A DNA stretch of 64,000 bases from Escherichia coli (GCF_003334385.1 NZ_QOWN01000020.1); one strand, 5' to 3'. Counted from the stretch's first letter, positions 46,051 through 63,915 are shown. Notes: generated from the sequence alone by a model not told the origin. Numbers and translations are program-made.

Positions 46051-46143
46051 TGCGTAGCGCCTCGCAGGAAATGCCTTTCCAACTGGACGTTTGTACAGCA
46101 CAATTCTATTTTGTGCGGGTAAGTTGTTGCGTCAGGAGGCGTT

Positions 46144-47571
46144 GTGGATTTCTCAATCATGGTTTACGCAGTTATTGCGTTGGTGGGTGTGGCAATTGGC
46201 TGGCTGTTTGCCAGTTATCAACATGCGCAGCAAAAAGCCGAGCAATTAGCTGAACGTGAAGAGATGGTCGCGGAGTTAAGCGCGGCAAAACAACAAATTA
46301 CCCAAAGCGAGCACTGGCGTGCAGAGTGCGAGTTACTCAATAACGAAGTGCGCAGCCTGCAAAGTATTAACACCTCTCTGGAGGCCGATCTGCGTGAAGT
46401 AACCACGCGGATGGAAGCCGCACAGCAACATGCTGACGATAAAATTCGCCAGATGATTAACAGCGAGCAGCGCCTCAGTGAGCAGTTTGAAAACCTCGCC
46501 AACCGTATTTTTGAGCACAGCAATCGCCGGGTTGATGAGCAAAACCGTCAGAGTCTGAACAGCCTGTTGTCGCCGCTACGTGAACAACTGGACGGTTTCC
46601 GCCGTCAGGTTCAGGACAGCTTCGGTAAAGAAGCACAAGAACGCCATACCCTGACCCACGAAATTCGCAATCTCCAGCAACTCAACGCGCAAATGGCCCA
46701 GGAAGCGATCAACCTGACGCGCGCGCTGAAAGGCGACAATAAAACCCAGGGCAACTGGGGCGAGGTAGTATTGACGCGGGTGCTGGAGGCTTCCGGTCTG
46801 CGTGAAGGGTATGAATATGAAACCCAGGTCAGCATCGAAAATGACGCCCGCTCGCGGATGCAGCCGGATGTCATCGTGCGCCTGCCGCAGGGAAAAGATG
46901 TGGTGATCGACGCCAAAATGACGCTGGTCGCCTATGAACGCTATTTTAACGCCGAAGACGACTACACCCGCGAAAGCGCGCTACAGGAACATATCGCGTC
47001 GGTGCGTAACCATATCCGTTTGCTGGGACGCAAAGATTATCAACAGCTGCCGGGGCTGCGAACTCTGGATTACGTGCTGATGTTTATTCCCGTTGAACCC
47101 GCTTTTTTACTGGCGCTTGACCGCCAGCCGGAGCTGATCACCGAAGCGTTGAAAAACAACATCATGCTGGTTAGCCCGACTACGCTGCTGGTGGCGCTGC
47201 GCACTATCGCCAACCTGTGGCGTTATGAGCATCAAAGCCGCAACGCCCAGCAAATCGCCGATCGTGCCAGCAAGCTGTACGACAAGATGCGTTTGTTCAT
47301 CGATGACATGTCCGCGATTGGTCAAAGTCTCGACAAAGCGCAGGATAATTATCGGCAGGCAATGAAAAAACTCTCTTCAGGGCGCGGAAATGTGCTGGCG
47401 CAGGCAGAAGCGTTTCGCGGTTTAGGAGTAGAAATTAAACGCGAGATTAATCCGGATTTGGCTGAACAGGCGGTGAGCCAGGATGAAGAGTATCGACTTC
47501 GGTCGGTTCCGGAGCAGCCGAATGATGAAGCTTATCAACGCGATGATGAATATAATCAGCAGTCGCGCTAG
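46144..47571 (+). CDS. rmuC: DNA recombination protein RmuC
   Basis: 475-aa ORF from GTG (MDFSIMVYAV), N-terminal TM helix and long coiled-coil. Confidence 0.92.
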   Translation: MDFSIMVYAVIALVGVAIGWLFASYQHAQQKAEQLAEREEMVAELSAAKQQITQSEHWRAECELLNNEVRSLQSINTSLEADLREVTTRMEAAQQHADDKIRQMINSEQRLSEQFENLANRIFEHSNRRVDEQNRQSLNSLLSPLREQLDGFRRQVQDSFGKEAQERHTLTHEIRNLQQLNAQMAQEAINLTRALKGDNKTQGNWGEVVLTRVLEASGLREGYEYETQVSIENDARSRMQPDVIVRLPQGKDVVIDAKMTLVAYERYFNAEDDYTRESALQEHIASVRNHIRLLGRKDYQQLPGLRTLDYVLMFIPVEPAFLLALDRQPELITEALKNNIMLVSPTTLLVALRTIANLWRYEHQSRNAQQIADRASKLYDKMRLFIDDMSAIGQSLDKAQDNYRQAMKKLSSGRGNVLAQAEAFRGLGVEIKREINPDLAEQAVSQDEEYRLRSVPEQPNDEAYQRDDEYNQQSR

Positions 47572-47665
47572 CCCATTGGGAGTAGTTAAGCCGGGTAGAA
47601 ATCTAGGGCATCGACGCCCAATCTGTTACACTTCTGGAACAATTTTTTGATGAGCAGGCATTGAG

Positions 47666-48421
47666 ATGGTGGATAAGTCACAAGAAACGACGCACTTTGG
47701 TTTTCAGACCGTCGCGAAGGAACAAAAAGCGGATATGGTCGCCCACGTTTTCCATTCCGTGGCATCAAAATACGATGTCATGAATGATTTGATGTCATTT
47801 GGTATTCATCGTTTGTGGAAGCGATTCACGATTGATTGCAGCGGCGTACGCCGTGGGCAGACCGTGCTGGATCTGGCTGGTGGCACCGGCGACCTGACAG
47901 CGAAATTCTCCCGCCTGGTCGGAGAAACTGGCAAAGTGGTCCTTGCTGATATCAATGAATCCATGCTCAAAATGGGCCGCGAGAAGCTGCGTAATATCGG
48001 TGTGATTGGCAACGTTGAGTATGTTCAGGCGAACGCTGAGGCGCTGCCGTTCCCGGATAACACCTTTGATTGCATCACCATTTCGTTTGGTCTGCGTAAC
48101 GTCACCGACAAAGATAAAGCACTGCGTTCAATGTATCGCGTGCTGAAACCCGGCGGCCGCCTGCTGGTGCTTGAGTTCTCGAAGCCAATTATCGAGCCGC
48201 TGAGCAAAGCCTATGATGCATACTCCTTCCATGTGCTGCCGCGTATTGGCTCACTGGTCGCGAACGACGCCGACAGCTACCGTTATCTGGCAGAATCCAT
48301 CCGTATGCATCCCGATCAGGATACCCTGAAAGCCATGATGCAGGATGCCGGATTCGAAAGTGTCGACTACTACAATCTGACGGCAGGGGTTGTGGCGCTG
48401 CATCGTGGTTATAAGTTCTGA
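47666..48421 (+). CDS. ubiE: ubiquinone/menaquinone C-methyltransferase
   Basis: 251-aa ORF; SAM-binding motif [10 protein letters not shown]. Confidence 0.95.
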
Positions 48422-48434
48422 CAGGAGACCGGAA

Positions 48435-50677
<2,243 letters not shown>

Positions 50678-50755
50678 TTTTTTCATCGCTCAAGGCGGGC
50701 CGTGTAACGTATAATGCGGCTTTGTTTAATCATCATCTACCACAGAGGAACATGT

Positions 50756-51025
50756 ATGGGTGGTATCAGTATTTGGCAGTTATTGATTATTGCCGTCATC
50801 GTTGTACTGCTTTTTGGCACCAAAAAGCTCGGCTCCATCGGTTCCGATCTTGGTGCGTCGATCAAAGGCTTTAAAAAAGCAATGAGCGATGATGAACCAA
50901 AGCAGGCTAAAACCAGTCAGGATGCTGATTTTACTGCGAAAACTATCGCCGATAAGCAGGCGGATACGAATCAGGAACAGGCTAAAACAGAAGACGCGAA
51001 GCGCCACGATAAAGAGCAGGTGTAA
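50756..51025 (+). CDS. tatA: twin-arginine translocase subunit TatA
   Basis: 89-aa ORF from [27 protein letters not shown]; TatA/E family. Confidence 0.95.
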   Translation: MGGISIWQLLIIAVIVVLLFGTKKLGSIGSDLGASIKGFKKAMSDDEPKQAKTSQDADFTAKTIADKQADTNQEQAKTEDAKRHDKEQV

Positions 51026-51028
51026 TCC

Positions 51029-51544
51029 GTGTTTGATATCGGTTTTAGCGAACTGCTATTGGTGTTCATCATCGGCCTCGTCGTTCTGGGGCCGCAACGA
51101 CTGCCTGTGGCGGTAAAAACGGTAGCGGGCTGGATTCGCGCGTTGCGTTCACTGGCGACAACGGTGCAGAACGAACTGACCCAGGAGTTAAAACTCCAGG
51201 AGTTTCAGGACAGTCTGAAAAAGGTTGAAAAGGCGAGCCTCACTAACCTGACACCCGAACTGAAAGCGTCGATGGATGAACTACGCCAGGCCGCGGAGTC
51301 GATGAAGCGTTCCTACGTTGCAAACGATCCTGAAAAGGCGAGCGATGAAGCGCACACCATCCATAACCCGGTGGTGAAAGATAATGAAGCTGCGCATGAG
51401 GGCGTAACGCCTGCCGCTGCACAAACGCAGGCCAGTTCGCCGGAACAGAAGCCAGAAACCACGCCAGAGCCGGTGGTAAAACCTGCTGCGGACGCTGAAC
51501 CGAAAACCGCTGCACCTTCCCCTTCGTCGAGTGATAAACCGTAA
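51029..51544 (+). CDS. tatB: twin-arginine translocase subunit TatB
   Basis: 171-aa ORF from GTG ([26 protein letters not shown]). Confidence 0.95.
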
Positions 51545-51546
51545 AC

Positions 51547-52323
51547 ATGTCTGTAGAAGATACTCAACCGCTTATCACGCATCTGATTGAGCTGCGTAAG
51601 CGTCTGCTGAACTGCATTATCGCGGTGATCGTGATATTCCTGTGTCTGGTCTATTTCGCCAATGACATCTATCACCTGGTATCCGCGCCATTGATCAAGC
51701 AGTTGCCGCAAGGTTCAACGATGATCGCCACCGACGTGGCCTCGCCGTTCTTTACGCCGATCAAGCTGACCTTTATGGTGTCGCTGATTCTGTCAGCGCC
51801 GGTGATTCTCTATCAGGTGTGGGCATTTATCGCCCCAGCGCTGTATAAGCATGAACGTCGCCTGGTGGTGCCGCTGCTGGTTTCCAGCTCTCTGCTGTTT
51901 TATATCGGCATGGCGTTCGCCTACTTTGTGGTCTTTCCGCTGGCATTTGGCTTCCTTGCCAATACCGCGCCGGAAGGGGTGCAGGTATCCACCGACATCG
52001 CCAGCTATTTAAGCTTCGTTATGGCGCTGTTTATGGCGTTTGGTGTCTCCTTTGAAGTGCCGGTGGCAATTGTGCTGCTGTGCTGGATGGGGATTACCTC
52101 GCCAGAAGACTTACGCAAAAAACGCCCGTATGTGCTGGTTGGTGCATTCGTTGTCGGGATGTTGCTGACGCCGCCGGATGTCTTCTCGCAAACGCTGTTG
52201 GCGATCCCGATGTACTGTCTGTTTGAAATCGGTGTCTTCTTCTCACGCTTTTACGTTGGTAAAGGGCGAAATCGGGAAGAGGAAAACGACGCTGAAGCAG
52301 AAAGCGAAAAAACTGAAGAATAA
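51547..52323 (+). CDS. tatC: twin-arginine translocase subunit TatC
   Basis: 258-aa six-TM ORF. Confidence 0.95.
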
Positions 52324-52364
52324 ATTCAACCGCCCGTCAGGGCGGTTGTCATATGGAGTACAGG

Positions 52365-53677
<1,313 letters not shown>

Positions 53678-53798
53678 TTACGCTAAGTTAATTATATTCC
53701 CCGGTTTGCGTTATACCGTCAGAGTTCACGCTAATTTAACAAATTTACAGCATCGCAAAGATGAACGCCGTATAATGGGCGCAGATTAAGAGGCTACA

Positions 53799-55292
53799 AT
53801 GGACGCCATGAAATATAACGATTTACGCGACTTCTTGACGCTGCTTGAACAGCAGGGTGAGCTAAAACGTATCACGCTCCCGGTGGATCCGCATCTGGAA
53901 ATCACTGAAATTGCTGACCGCACTTTGCGTGCCGGTGGGCCTGCGCTGTTGTTCGAAAACCCTAAAGGCTACTCAATGCCGGTGCTGTGCAACCTGTTCG
54001 GTACGCCAAAGCGCGTGGCGATGGGCATGGGGCAGGAAGATGTTTCGGCGCTGCGTGAAGTTGGTAAATTATTGGCGTTTCTGAAAGAGCCGGAGCCGCC
54101 AAAAGGTTTCCGCGACCTGTTTGATAAACTGCCGCAGTTTAAGCAAGTATTGAACATGCCGACAAAGCGGCTGCGTGGTGCGCCCTGCCAACAAAAAATC
54201 GTCTCTGGCGATGACGTCGATCTCAATCGCATTCCCATTATGACCTGCTGGCCGGAAGATGCCGCGCCGCTGATTACCTGGGGGCTGACAGTGACGCGCG
54301 GCCCACATAAAGAGCGGCAGAATCTGGGCATTTATCGCCAGCAGCTGATTGGTAAAAACAAACTGATTATGCGCTGGCTGTCGCATCGCGGCGGCGCGCT
54401 GGATTATCAGGAGTGGTGTGCGGCGCATCCGGGCGAACGTTTCCCGGTTTCTGTGGCGCTGGGTGCCGATCCCGCCACGATTCTCGGTGCAGTCACTCCC
54501 GTTCCGGATACGCTTTCAGAGTATGCGTTTGCCGGATTGCTACGTGGCACCAAGACCGAAGTGGTGAAGTGTATCTCCAATGATCTTGAAGTGCCCGCCA
54601 GTGCGGAGATTGTGCTGGAAGGGTATATCGAACAAGGCGAAACTGCGCCGGAAGGGCCGTATGGCGACCACACCGGTTACTATAATGAAGTCGATAGTTT
54701 CCCGGTATTTACCGTGACGCATATTACCCAGCGTGAAGATGCGATTTACCATTCCACCTATACCGGGCGTCCGCCAGATGAGCCCGCGGTGCTGGGTGTC
54801 GCACTGAACGAAGTGTTTGTGCCGATTCTGCAAAAACAGTTCCCGGAAATTGTCGATTTTTACCTGCCGCCGGAAGGCTGCTCTTATCGCCTGGCGGTAG
54901 TGACAATCAAAAAACAGTACGCCGGACACGCGAAGCGCGTCATGATGGGCGTCTGGTCGTTCTTACGCCAGTTTATGTACACTAAATTTGTGATCGTTTG
55001 CGATGATGACGTTAACGCACGCGACTGGAACGATGTGATTTGGGCGATTACCACCCGTATGGACCCGGCGCGGGATACTGTTCTGGTAGAAAATACGCCT
55101 ATTGATTATCTGGATTTTGCCTCGCCTGTCTCCGGGCTGGGTTCAAAAATGGGGCTGGATGCCACGAATAAATGGCCGGGGGAAACCCAGCGTGAATGGG
55201 GACGTCCCATCAAAAAAGATCCAGATGTTGTCGCGCATATTGACGCCATCTGGGATGAACTGGCTATTTTTAACAACGGTAAAAGCGCCTGA
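53799..55292 (+). CDS. ubiD: 3-octaprenyl-4-hydroxybenzoate decarboxylase
   Basis: 497-aa [28 protein letters not shown]; UbiD family. Confidence 0.95.
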   Translation: MDAMKYNDLRDFLTLLEQQGELKRITLPVDPHLEITEIADRTLRAGGPALLFENPKGYSMPVLCNLFGTPKRVAMGMGQEDVSALREVGKLLAFLKEPEPPKGFRDLFDKLPQFKQVLNMPTKRLRGAPCQQKIVSGDDVDLNRIPIMTCWPEDAAPLITWGLTVTRGPHKERQNLGIYRQQLIGKNKLIMRWLSHRGGALDYQEWCAAHPGERFPVSVALGADPATILGAVTPVPDTLSEYAFAGLLRGTKTEVVKCISNDLEVPASAEIVLEGYIEQGETAPEGPYGDHTGYYNEVDSFPVFTVTHITQREDAIYHSTYTGRPPDEPAVLGVALNEVFVPILQKQFPEIVDFYLPPEGCSYRLAVVTIKKQYAGHAKRVMMGVWSFLRQFMYTKFVIVCDDDVNARDWNDVIWAITTRMDPARDTVLVENTPIDYLDFASPVSGLGSKMGLDATNKWPGETQREWGRPIKKDPDVVAHIDAIWDELAIFNNGKSA

Positions 55293-55337
55293 TGCGCGTT
55301 TGTTTTGCCCTATTTATCGATCCGACAGAGAAAGCGC

Positions 55338-56039
55338 ATGACAACCTTAAGCTGTAAAGTGACCTCGGTAGAAGCTATCACGGATACCGTATATCGTGTC
55401 CGCATCGTGCCAGACGCGGCCTTTTCTTTTCGTGCTGGTCAGTATTTGATGGTAGTGATGGATGAGCGCGACAAACGTCCGTTCTCAATGGCTTCGACGC
55501 CGGATGAAAAAGGGTTTATCGAGCTGCATATTGGCGCTTCTGAAATCAACCTTTACGCGAAAGCAGTCATGGACCGCATCCTCAAAGATCATCAAATCGT
55601 GGTCGACATTCCCCACGGAGAAGCGTGGCTGCGCGATGATGAAGAGCGTCCGATGATTTTGATTGCGGGCGGCACCGGGTTCTCTTATGCCCGCTCGATT
55701 TTGCTGACAGCGTTGGCGCGTAACTCAAACCGTGATATCACCATTTACTGGGGCGGGCGTGAAGAGCAGCATCTGTATGATCTCTGCGAGCTTGAGGCGC
55801 TTTCGTTGAAGCATCCTGGTCTGCAAGTGGTGCCGGTGGTTGAACAACCGGAAGCGGGCTGGCGTGGGCGTACTGGCACCGTGTTAACGGCGGTATTGCA
55901 GGATCACGGTACGCTGGCAGAGCATGATATCTATATTGCCGGACGTTTTGAGATGGCGAAAATTGCCCGCGATCTGTTTTGCAGTGAGCGTAATGCGCGG
56001 GAAGATCGCCTGTTTGGCGATGCGTTTGCATTTATCTGA
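55338..56039 (+). CDS. fre: NAD(P)H-flavin reductase
   Basis: 233-aa ORF from [16 protein letters not shown]; FNR-like fold, RPFS flavin-binding motif. Confidence 0.94.
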   Translation: MTTLSCKVTSVEAITDTVYRVRIVPDAAFSFRAGQYLMVVMDERDKRPFSMASTPDEKGFIELHIGASEINLYAKAVMDRILKDHQIVVDIPHGEAWLRDDEERPMILIAGGTGFSYARSILLTALARNSNRDITIYWGGREEQHLYDLCELEALSLKHPGLQVVPVVEQPEAGWRGRTGTVLTAVLQDHGTLAEHDIYIAGRFEMAKIARDLFCSERNAREDRLFGDAFAFI

Positions 56040-56043
56040 GATA

Positions 56044-56070
56044 TAAAAAAACCCGCCCCTGACAGGCGGG
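56044..56070. terminator. hairpin terminator between fre and the fadBA 3' end
   Basis: A7-CCCGCC-CCTGACA-GGCGGG; T-run is on the minus strand, consistent with termination of fadBA. Confidence 0.65.
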
Positions 56071-56132
56071 AAGAACGGCAACTAAACTGTTATTCAGTGG
56101 CATTTAGATCTATGACGTATCTGGCAAACCAT

Positions 56133-56316
<184 letters not shown>

Positions 56317-56321
56317 AGTGG

Positions 56322-57494
<1,173 letters not shown>

Positions 57495-59684
57495 TTAAGC
57501 CGTTTTCAGGTCGCCAACCGGACGGGCTGGCTCAACCGGAGGATAGTACGGTTCGTTATGACGCGCTTTATTACGCAGACCTTCCGGCACTTCATACAGC
57601 GGGCCGAGGTGCTGATATTGCTGTGCCATATCGAGGTATTTTGCGCTACCGAGGGTGTCCAGCCAGCGGAACGCGCCGCCGTGGAACGGAGGGAAGCCCA
57701 GGCCGTAGACCAGCGCCATATCCGCTTCTGCCGGAGTGGCGATAATGCTTTCTTCCAGACAGCGCACCACTTCGTTGACCATCGGGATCATCATGCGGGC
57801 GATAATCTCTTCTTCGCTGAAATCGCGCTTCGGCTGGCTCACTTCTGCCAGCAGGTCGTCAACGACGGCGTCTTCTTCTTTCTTCGGCTTACCTTTGCTG
57901 TCTTCTTTATAACGCCAGAAACCGAGGCCGTTCTTCTGACCAAAGCGGTTGGCATCAAACAGCGCGTCGATGGTATCGCGATAATCTTTCTGCATCCGCT
58001 GCGGGAAGCCTGCTGCCATGACAGCCTGGGCATGATGCGCGGTGTCAATGCCCACGACATCCAGCAGATATGCCGGACCCATCGGCCAGCCAAACTGTTT
58101 TTCCATTACTTTGTCGATCTTGCGGAAATCCGCGCCGTCGCGCAGCAACTGGCTGAAACCGGCGAAATACGGGAACAGCACGCGGTTGACGAAGAAGCCG
58201 GGGCAGTCGTTAACCACAATCGGCGTTTTGCCCATCTTGCTCGCCCAGGCGACGACTTTCGCGATGGTTTCGTCGGAGCTTTTCTCGCCGCGAATAATTT
58301 CCACCAACGGCATTCGGTGGACCGGGTTAAAGAAGTGCATCCCGCAGAAGTTTTCCGGACGTTCCAGCGCGTTGGCCAGTTCGCGGATAGGAATGGTTGA
58401 AGTGTTAGACGCCAGCACGGTATCCGGGCGTACTTTTTGTTCGGTTTCTGCCAGTACGGCTTTTTTCACTTTCGGATTTTCGACAACCGCTTCTACCACA
58501 ACATCCACGCGGTCAAATCCGGCGTAGTCGAGCGTTGGGTGGATTGTGGAGATCACGCCAGCCAGTTTCAGACCATCGATCTTGCCGCGCTCAAGCTGCT
58601 TGTTCAGCAGTTTCGCAGCTTCGGTCATGCCGAGGGTTAACGACTTGTCGTTGATATCTTTCATGATAACCGGCACGCCTTTCCACGCAGACTGGTAAGC
58701 GATGCCGCCGCCCATGATGCCTGCGCCCAGCACAGCGGCCTGTTTCGGTGTTTCAATGTCTTTGGTGAGTTTCTTCGCTTTGCCTTTTACATATTGATCG
58801 TTAAGGAAAATGCCGACCAGTGCGCGGGCTTCGTTGGTGTGCGCCAGCGGGACAAAACTTTTGTTTTCCAGATTTAATGCTTCTTCACGACCAAAACGGG
58901 CCGCAGCTTCAATGGTTTTTACTGCGGTGATGGGGGCCGGATAATGTTTCCCCGCCGTTTGCGCGACCATCCCTTTAGCGATGGTGAAGCTCATGGTAGC
59001 TTCAATCTTGCTCAGTTTTAGCGGTTCCAGCTTCGGCTGACGTTTTGCTTTCCAGTCGAGGTCACCGTTAATGGCCTGGCGTAAAATCGCCTTCGCGCCT
59101 TCAACCAGTTTTTCTGCTTTGACTACGCCATCCACCAGACCGATTTTCAGCGCCTGATCCGCGCCGACATCTTTACCGGCAGCAATGATTTCCAGCGCAC
59201 TGTCAGCGCCCAGCATACGTGGCATACGTACAGAACCGCCAAAGCCCGGCATGATGCCCAGTTTGGTTTCCGGCAGACCGATGCGCAGATCCGGCGTCGC
59301 CAGACGATAATCGGTCGCCAGCACGCATTCGCAGCCACCGCCCAGCGCATAGCCGTTGACGGCAGCAATGGTCGGCACCGGCAGATCTTCCAGGCGATTA
59401 AACACGCTATTGGCAAAGTGCAGCCACTGACTTAACTGTTCTTCAGGAACGAGGAACAGGGACAAAAATTCGGTGATATCAGCACCGACGATAAAGGCTG
59501 CTTTGTTCGAACGCAGCAGCAGCCCTTTTAGATCTGATTGCTGTTCCAGCACGCCGATGGCCTCGCCGAGGCTGGCGACGGTCGCAGTGTCGAGTTTATT
59601 AACTGAACCTGGGGCATCAAATACCAGTTCGGCAATGCCATCTTCCAGCCAGTCAAGGTACAGGGTGTCGCCTTTGTAAAGCAT
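57495..59684 (-). CDS. fadB: fatty acid oxidation complex alpha subunit (enoyl-CoA hydratase / 3-hydroxyacyl-CoA dehydrogenase)
   Basis: 729-aa ORF from [32 protein letters not shown]; the ORF-track upstream extension is not credible. Confidence 0.96.
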   Translation of the reverse strand: MLYKGDTLYLDWLEDGIAELVFDAPGSVNKLDTATVASLGEAIGVLEQQSDLKGLLLRSNKAAFIVGADITEFLSLFLVPEEQLSQWLHFANSVFNRLEDLPVPTIAAVNGYALGGGCECVLATDYRLATPDLRIGLPETKLGIMPGFGGSVRMPRMLGADSALEIIAAGKDVGADQALKIGLVDGVVKAEKLVEGAKAILRQAINGDLDWKAKRQPKLEPLKLSKIEATMSFTIAKGMVAQTAGKHYPAPITAVKTIEAAARFGREEALNLENKSFVPLAHTNEARALVGIFLNDQYVKGKAKKLTKDIETPKQAAVLGAGIMGGGIAYQSAWKGVPVIMKDINDKSLTLGMTEAAKLLNKQLERGKIDGLKLAGVISTIHPTLDYAGFDRVDVVVEAVVENPKVKKAVLAETEQKVRPDTVLASNTSTIPIRELANALERPENFCGMHFFNPVHRMPLVEIIRGEKSSDETIAKVVAWASKMGKTPIVVNDCPGFFVNRVLFPYFAGFSQLLRDGADFRKIDKVMEKQFGWPMGPAYLLDVVGIDTAHHAQAVMAAGFPQRMQKDYRDTIDALFDANRFGQKNGLGFWRYKEDSKGKPKKEEDAVVDDLLAEVSQPKRDFSEEEIIARMMIPMVNEVVRCLEESIIATPAEADMALVYGLGFPPFHGGAFRWLDTLGSAKYLDMAQQYQHLGPLYEVPEGLRNKARHNEPYYPPVEPARPVGDLKTA

Positions 59685-59709
59685 GTCAGTCTCCTGAATC
59701 CGCAAGGTG

Positions 59710-59726
59710 ATCTGGTCGTACCAGAT
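59710..59726. promoter_or_regulatory. FadR operator upstream of fadB
   Basis: Near-palindromic ATCTGGTCGTACCAGAT, 26 bp upstream of the fadB start; matches remembered FadR operator consensus. Confidence 0.75.
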
Positions 59727-59873
59727 GAGTCGAAGTGTGTATTTTGTGTTAAAAATATGCAAACAAAAGATTAAAGAAATGCCGATCTGATCACGCTCGG
59801 CAGAAATCACGCTCTGGATGAACGATGTGCTAAGATGCGGAGACTTAAGGTCAAAAAAACAGAAGGGTAAAAA

Positions 59874-61205
59874 ATGGAATCACTGGCCTCGCTCTATAAA
59901 AATCATATAGCTACCTTACAAGAACGGACTCGCGATGCGCTGGCGCGCTTCAAGCTGGATGCGTTACTTATTCACTCCGGCGAGCTGTTCAATGTTTTTC
60001 TCGACGATCATCCCTATCCGTTTAAAGTGAACCCGCAATTCAAAGCGTGGGTGCCGGTAACTCAGGTGCCAAACTGCTGGTTGCTGGTGGATGGCGTGAA
60101 TAAGCCGAAACTGTGGTTCTATCTGCCGGTTGATTACTGGCACAACGTCGAACCGCTGCCGACCTCCTTCTGGACTGAAGATGTAGAAGTGATCGCGCTG
60201 CCAAAAGCCGATGGCATTGGTAGTCTGTTGCCTGCTGCGCGCGGCAATATCGGTTATATCGGTCCGGTGCCGGAACGTGCGCTGCAACTGGGTATTGAGG
60301 CCAGCAACATCAACCCGAAAGGGGTGATCGACTACCTGCATTACTACCGCTCCTTCAAAACCGAGTACGAACTGGCCTGTATGCGTGAAGCGCAGAAAAT
60401 GGCGGTCAACGGTCATCGTGCGGCAGAAGAAGCGTTCCGTTCTGGCATGAGCGAGTTCGATATCAATATTGCCTATCTGACCGCGACCGGTCATCGTGAT
60501 ACCGACGTACCTTACAGCAACATTGTGGCGCTTAACGAACACGCTGCGGTGTTGCATTACACCAAACTGGACCACCAGGCACCGGAAGAGATGCGCAGCT
60601 TCCTGCTGGATGCCGGGGCCGAATATAACGGCTATGCGGCTGACCTGACCCGTACCTGGTCGGCAAAAAGCGACAACGACTACGCACAGCTGGTGAAAGA
60701 CGTAAATGATGAACAACTGGCGCTGATCGCTACCATGAAAGCAGGCGTTAGCTATGTGGATTACCACATCCAGTTCCATCAGCGCATCGCCAAACTGCTG
60801 CGTAAACATCAAATCATCACCGATATGAGTGAAGAAGCGATGGTCGAAAACGATCTCACCGGACCGTTTATGCCGCACGGTATCGGCCATCCGCTGGGCC
60901 TGCAGGTGCATGACGTCGCCGGTTTTATGCAGGATGATAGCGGTACGCACCTCGCGGCACCGGCAAAATATCCGTACCTGCGCTGCACCCGTATTCTCCA
61001 GCCGGGCATGGTGTTAACCATTGAACCGGGTATCTACTTCATCGAATCGCTGCTGGCACCGTGGCGTGAAGGGCAGTTCAGCAAGCACTTCAACTGGCAG
61101 AAAATTGAAGCACTGAAACCGTTCGGCGGCATTCGTATCGAAGACAACGTGGTGATCCACGAAAATAACGTGGAAAACATGACCCGGGATCTGAAACTGG
61201 CGTGA
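59874..61205 (+). CDS. pepQ: Xaa-Pro dipeptidase (prolidase)
   Basis: 443-aa ORF; M24 metallopeptidase fold with HGIGH motif. Confidence 0.95.
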
Positions 61206-61819
61206 TGGAAAGCTGGTTAATTCCTGCGGCACCGGTCACGGTCGTTGAAGAGATCAAAAAAAGCCGCTTCATAACGATGTTGGCGCATACCGATGGCGTT
61301 GAGGCGGCGAAAGCGTTTGTTGAATCGGTGCGGGCAGAACACCCCGATGCCCGCCACCATTGCGTGGCGTGGGTGGCGGGTGCGCCGGATGATTCTCAAC
61401 AGCTGGGTTTCTCTGACGACGGGGAGCCGGCGGGAACGGCAGGTAAACCGATGCTCGCCCAGCTAATGGGCAGCGGCGTCGGGGAAATTACCGCTGTGGT
61501 AGTGCGCTACTACGGCGGCATATTGCTTGGCACCGGTGGGTTAGTGAAAGCGTATGGCGGCGGCGTGAATCAGGCGCTGCGCCAGCTAACGACCCAACGC
61601 AAGACGCCATTAACCGAATATACTTTGCAATGTGAATATAGTCAGTTAACCGGCATTGAAGCGTTGCTGGGGCAGTGTGACGGCAAAATTATCAACAGTG
61701 ATTATCAGGCATTCGTTCTGCTGCGGGTGGCGCTTCCGGCGGCGAAAGTGGCTGAATTTTCCGCAAAGCTGGCGGATTTTAGCCGTGGTTCATTGCAATT
61801 GTTAGCGATTGAAGAATAA
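61205..61819 (+). CDS. yigZ: IMPACT-family protein
   Basis: 204-aa ORF overlapping pepQ stop; IMPACT/UPF0029 family. Confidence 0.88.
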   Translation: MESWLIPAAPVTVVEEIKKSRFITMLAHTDGVEAAKAFVESVRAEHPDARHHCVAWVAGAPDDSQQLGFSDDGEPAGTAGKPMLAQLMGSGVGEITAVVVRYYGGILLGTGGLVKAYGGGVNQALRQLTTQRKTPLTEYTLQCEYSQLTGIEALLGQCDGKIINSDYQAFVLLRVALPAAKVAEFSAKLADFSRGSLQLLAIEE

Positions 61820-61857
61820 TCCCCACTTCGTTTTGCAGAACTAAGGAAGCGGCAGAG

Positions 61858-63309
61858 ATGCATTTTCGCGCCATTACCCGAATCGTTGGACTACTGGTCA
61901 TCTTATTTTCAGGGACCATGATTATCCCTGGGCTGGTAGCACTCATCTACCGGGATGGAGCGGGCCGCGCTTTTACCCAGACCTTTTTTGTCGCCCTCGC
62001 CATTGGCTCTATGCTGTGGTGGCCGAACCGCAAAGAGAAGGGCGAACTGAAATCCCGTGAGGGGTTTCTGATAGTGGTGCTGTTCTGGACCGTGCTGGGT
62101 AGTGTCGGTGCGCTCCCTTTTATCTTCTCGGAAAGCCCGAACCTCACGATTACCGATGCGTTTTTTGAATCTTTCTCTGGCCTGACCACCACCGGGGCCA
62201 CTACGCTGGTGGGGCTGGATTCGCTCCCTCATGCCATCCTCTTTTATCGCCAGATGCTGCAATGGTTTGGCGGGATGGGGATCATCGTGTTGGCGGTTGC
62301 GATACTGCCTATCCTCGGCGTGGGTGGGATGCAGCTCTATCGCGCAGAAATGCCCGGCCCGCTGAAAGATAACAAAATGCGCCCGCGAATTGCGGAAACG
62401 GCGAAAACCCTGTGGTTGATTTATGTCTTGCTGACCGTCGCCTGTGCGCTGGCGTTGTGGTTTGCCGGAATGGATGCCTTTGATGCCATCGGCCATAGCT
62501 TTGCGACTATCGCTATTGGCGGCTTCTCGACACATGATGCCAGTATCGGTTATTTCGACAGCCCGACTATTAACACTATCATTGCTATCTTCCTGCTGAT
62601 CTCCGGCTGTAACTACGGTCTGCACTTTTCACTGTTAAGTGGGCGTAGTCTGAAGGTTTATTGGCGCGATCCGGAATTTCGCATGTTTATCGGCGTACAG
62701 TTTACGCTGGTGGTTATTTGTACACTCGTACTGTGGTTTCATAATGTCTACAGTTCGGCGCTGATGACAATTAACCAGGCGTTTTTCCAGGTGGTATCGA
62801 TGGCGACAACCGCCGGGTTTACGACTGACAGCATTGCCCGCTGGCCGCTCTTTTTGCCGGTACTGCTTTTATGTTCAGCTTTTATCGGCGGTTGCGCCGG
62901 GTCAACGGGCGGTGGCCTGAAAGTGATCCGCATCCTGCTGCTGTTTAAGCAGGGGAACCGTGAGCTGAAACGACTGGTGCATCCGAACGCCGTCTATAGC
63001 ATTAAGCTGGGGAATCGCGCACTGCCGGAACGTATCCTCGAAGCCGTTTGGGGATTTTTCTCCGCCTATGCATTGGTGTTTATTGTCAGTATGCTGGCGA
63101 TTATCGCCACGGGCGTGGATGACTTTTCTGCCTTTGCCTCAGTTGTTGCGACATTGAATAACCTGGGGCCAGGGCTTGGCGTGGTTGCTGATAACTTTAC
63201 CAGTATGAACCCGGTGGCTAAATGGATCCTGATTGCCAACATGCTGTTTGGTCGTCTTGAGGTCTTTACATTGCTGGTGCTCTTTACCCCGACTTTCTGG
63301 CGTGAATGA
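61858..63309 (+). CDS. trkH: potassium uptake protein TrkH
   Basis: 483-aa polytopic ORF with repeated pore-loop segments (TTTGA, GGMG-like). Confidence 0.95.
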   Translation: MHFRAITRIVGLLVILFSGTMIIPGLVALIYRDGAGRAFTQTFFVALAIGSMLWWPNRKEKGELKSREGFLIVVLFWTVLGSVGALPFIFSESPNLTITDAFFESFSGLTTTGATTLVGLDSLPHAILFYRQMLQWFGGMGIIVLAVAILPILGVGGMQLYRAEMPGPLKDNKMRPRIAETAKTLWLIYVLLTVACALALWFAGMDAFDAIGHSFATIAIGGFSTHDASIGYFDSPTINTIIAIFLLISGCNYGLHFSLLSGRSLKVYWRDPEFRMFIGVQFTLVVICTLVLWFHNVYSSALMTINQAFFQVVSMATTAGFTTDSIARWPLFLPVLLLCSAFIGGCAGSTGGGLKVIRILLLFKQGNRELKRLVHPNAVYSIKLGNRALPERILEAVWGFFSAYALVFIVSMLAIIATGVDDFSAFASVVATLNNLGPGLGVVADNFTSMNPVAKWILIANMLFGRLEVFTLLVLFTPTFWRE

Positions 63310-63320
63310 TGGAGTAATAC

Positions 63321-63866
63321 GTGAAAACATTAATTCTTTTCTCAACAAGGGACGGACAAACGCGCGAGATTGCCTCCTACCTGGCTTCGGAACTGAAAGA
63401 ACTGGGGATCCAGACGGATGTCGCCAATGTGCACCGCATTGAAGAACCACAATGGGAAAACTATGACCGTGTGGTCATTGGTGCTTCTATTCGCTATGGT
63501 CACTACCACTCTGCGTTCCAGGAATTTGTCAAAAAACATGCGACGCGACTGAATTCGATGCCGAGCGCCTTTTATTCCGTAAACCTGGTGGCGCGCAAAC
63601 CGGAGAAGCGTACTCCACAGACCAACAGCTACGCGCGGAAGTTTCTGATGAACTCGCAATGGCGTCCCGATCGCTGCGCGGTCATTGCCGGGGCGCTGCG
63701 TTACCCACGTTATCGCTGGTATGACCGTTTTATGATCAAGCTGATTATGAAGATGTCAGGCGGTGAAACGGATACGCGCAAAGAAGTTGTCTATACCGAT
63801 TGGGAGCAGGTGGCGAATTTCGCCCGAGAAATCGCCCATTTAACCGACAAACCGACGCTGAAATAA
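63321..63866 (+). CDS. hemG: protoporphyrinogen IX dehydrogenase (menaquinone-dependent, flavodoxin-like)
   Basis: 181-aa [25 protein letters not shown] with flavodoxin-like N-terminus. Confidence 0.94.
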   Translation: MKTLILFSTRDGQTREIASYLASELKELGIQTDVANVHRIEEPQWENYDRVVIGASIRYGHYHSAFQEFVKKHATRLNSMPSAFYSVNLVARKPEKRTPQTNSYARKFLMNSQWRPDRCAVIAGALRYPRYRWYDRFMIKLIMKMSGGETDTRKEVVYTDWEQVANFAREIAHLTDKPTLK

Positions 63867-63915
63867 GCATAAAGAATAAAAAATGCGCGGTCAGAAAATT
63901 ATTTTAAATTTCCTC

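Noticed and set aside
59685-59810. N-terminal extension of fadB (771-aa ORF-track call)
   Set aside because: The extension runs through the FadR operator and promoter region; the known FadB N-terminus [12 protein letters not shown] starts at 59684 on the minus strand.
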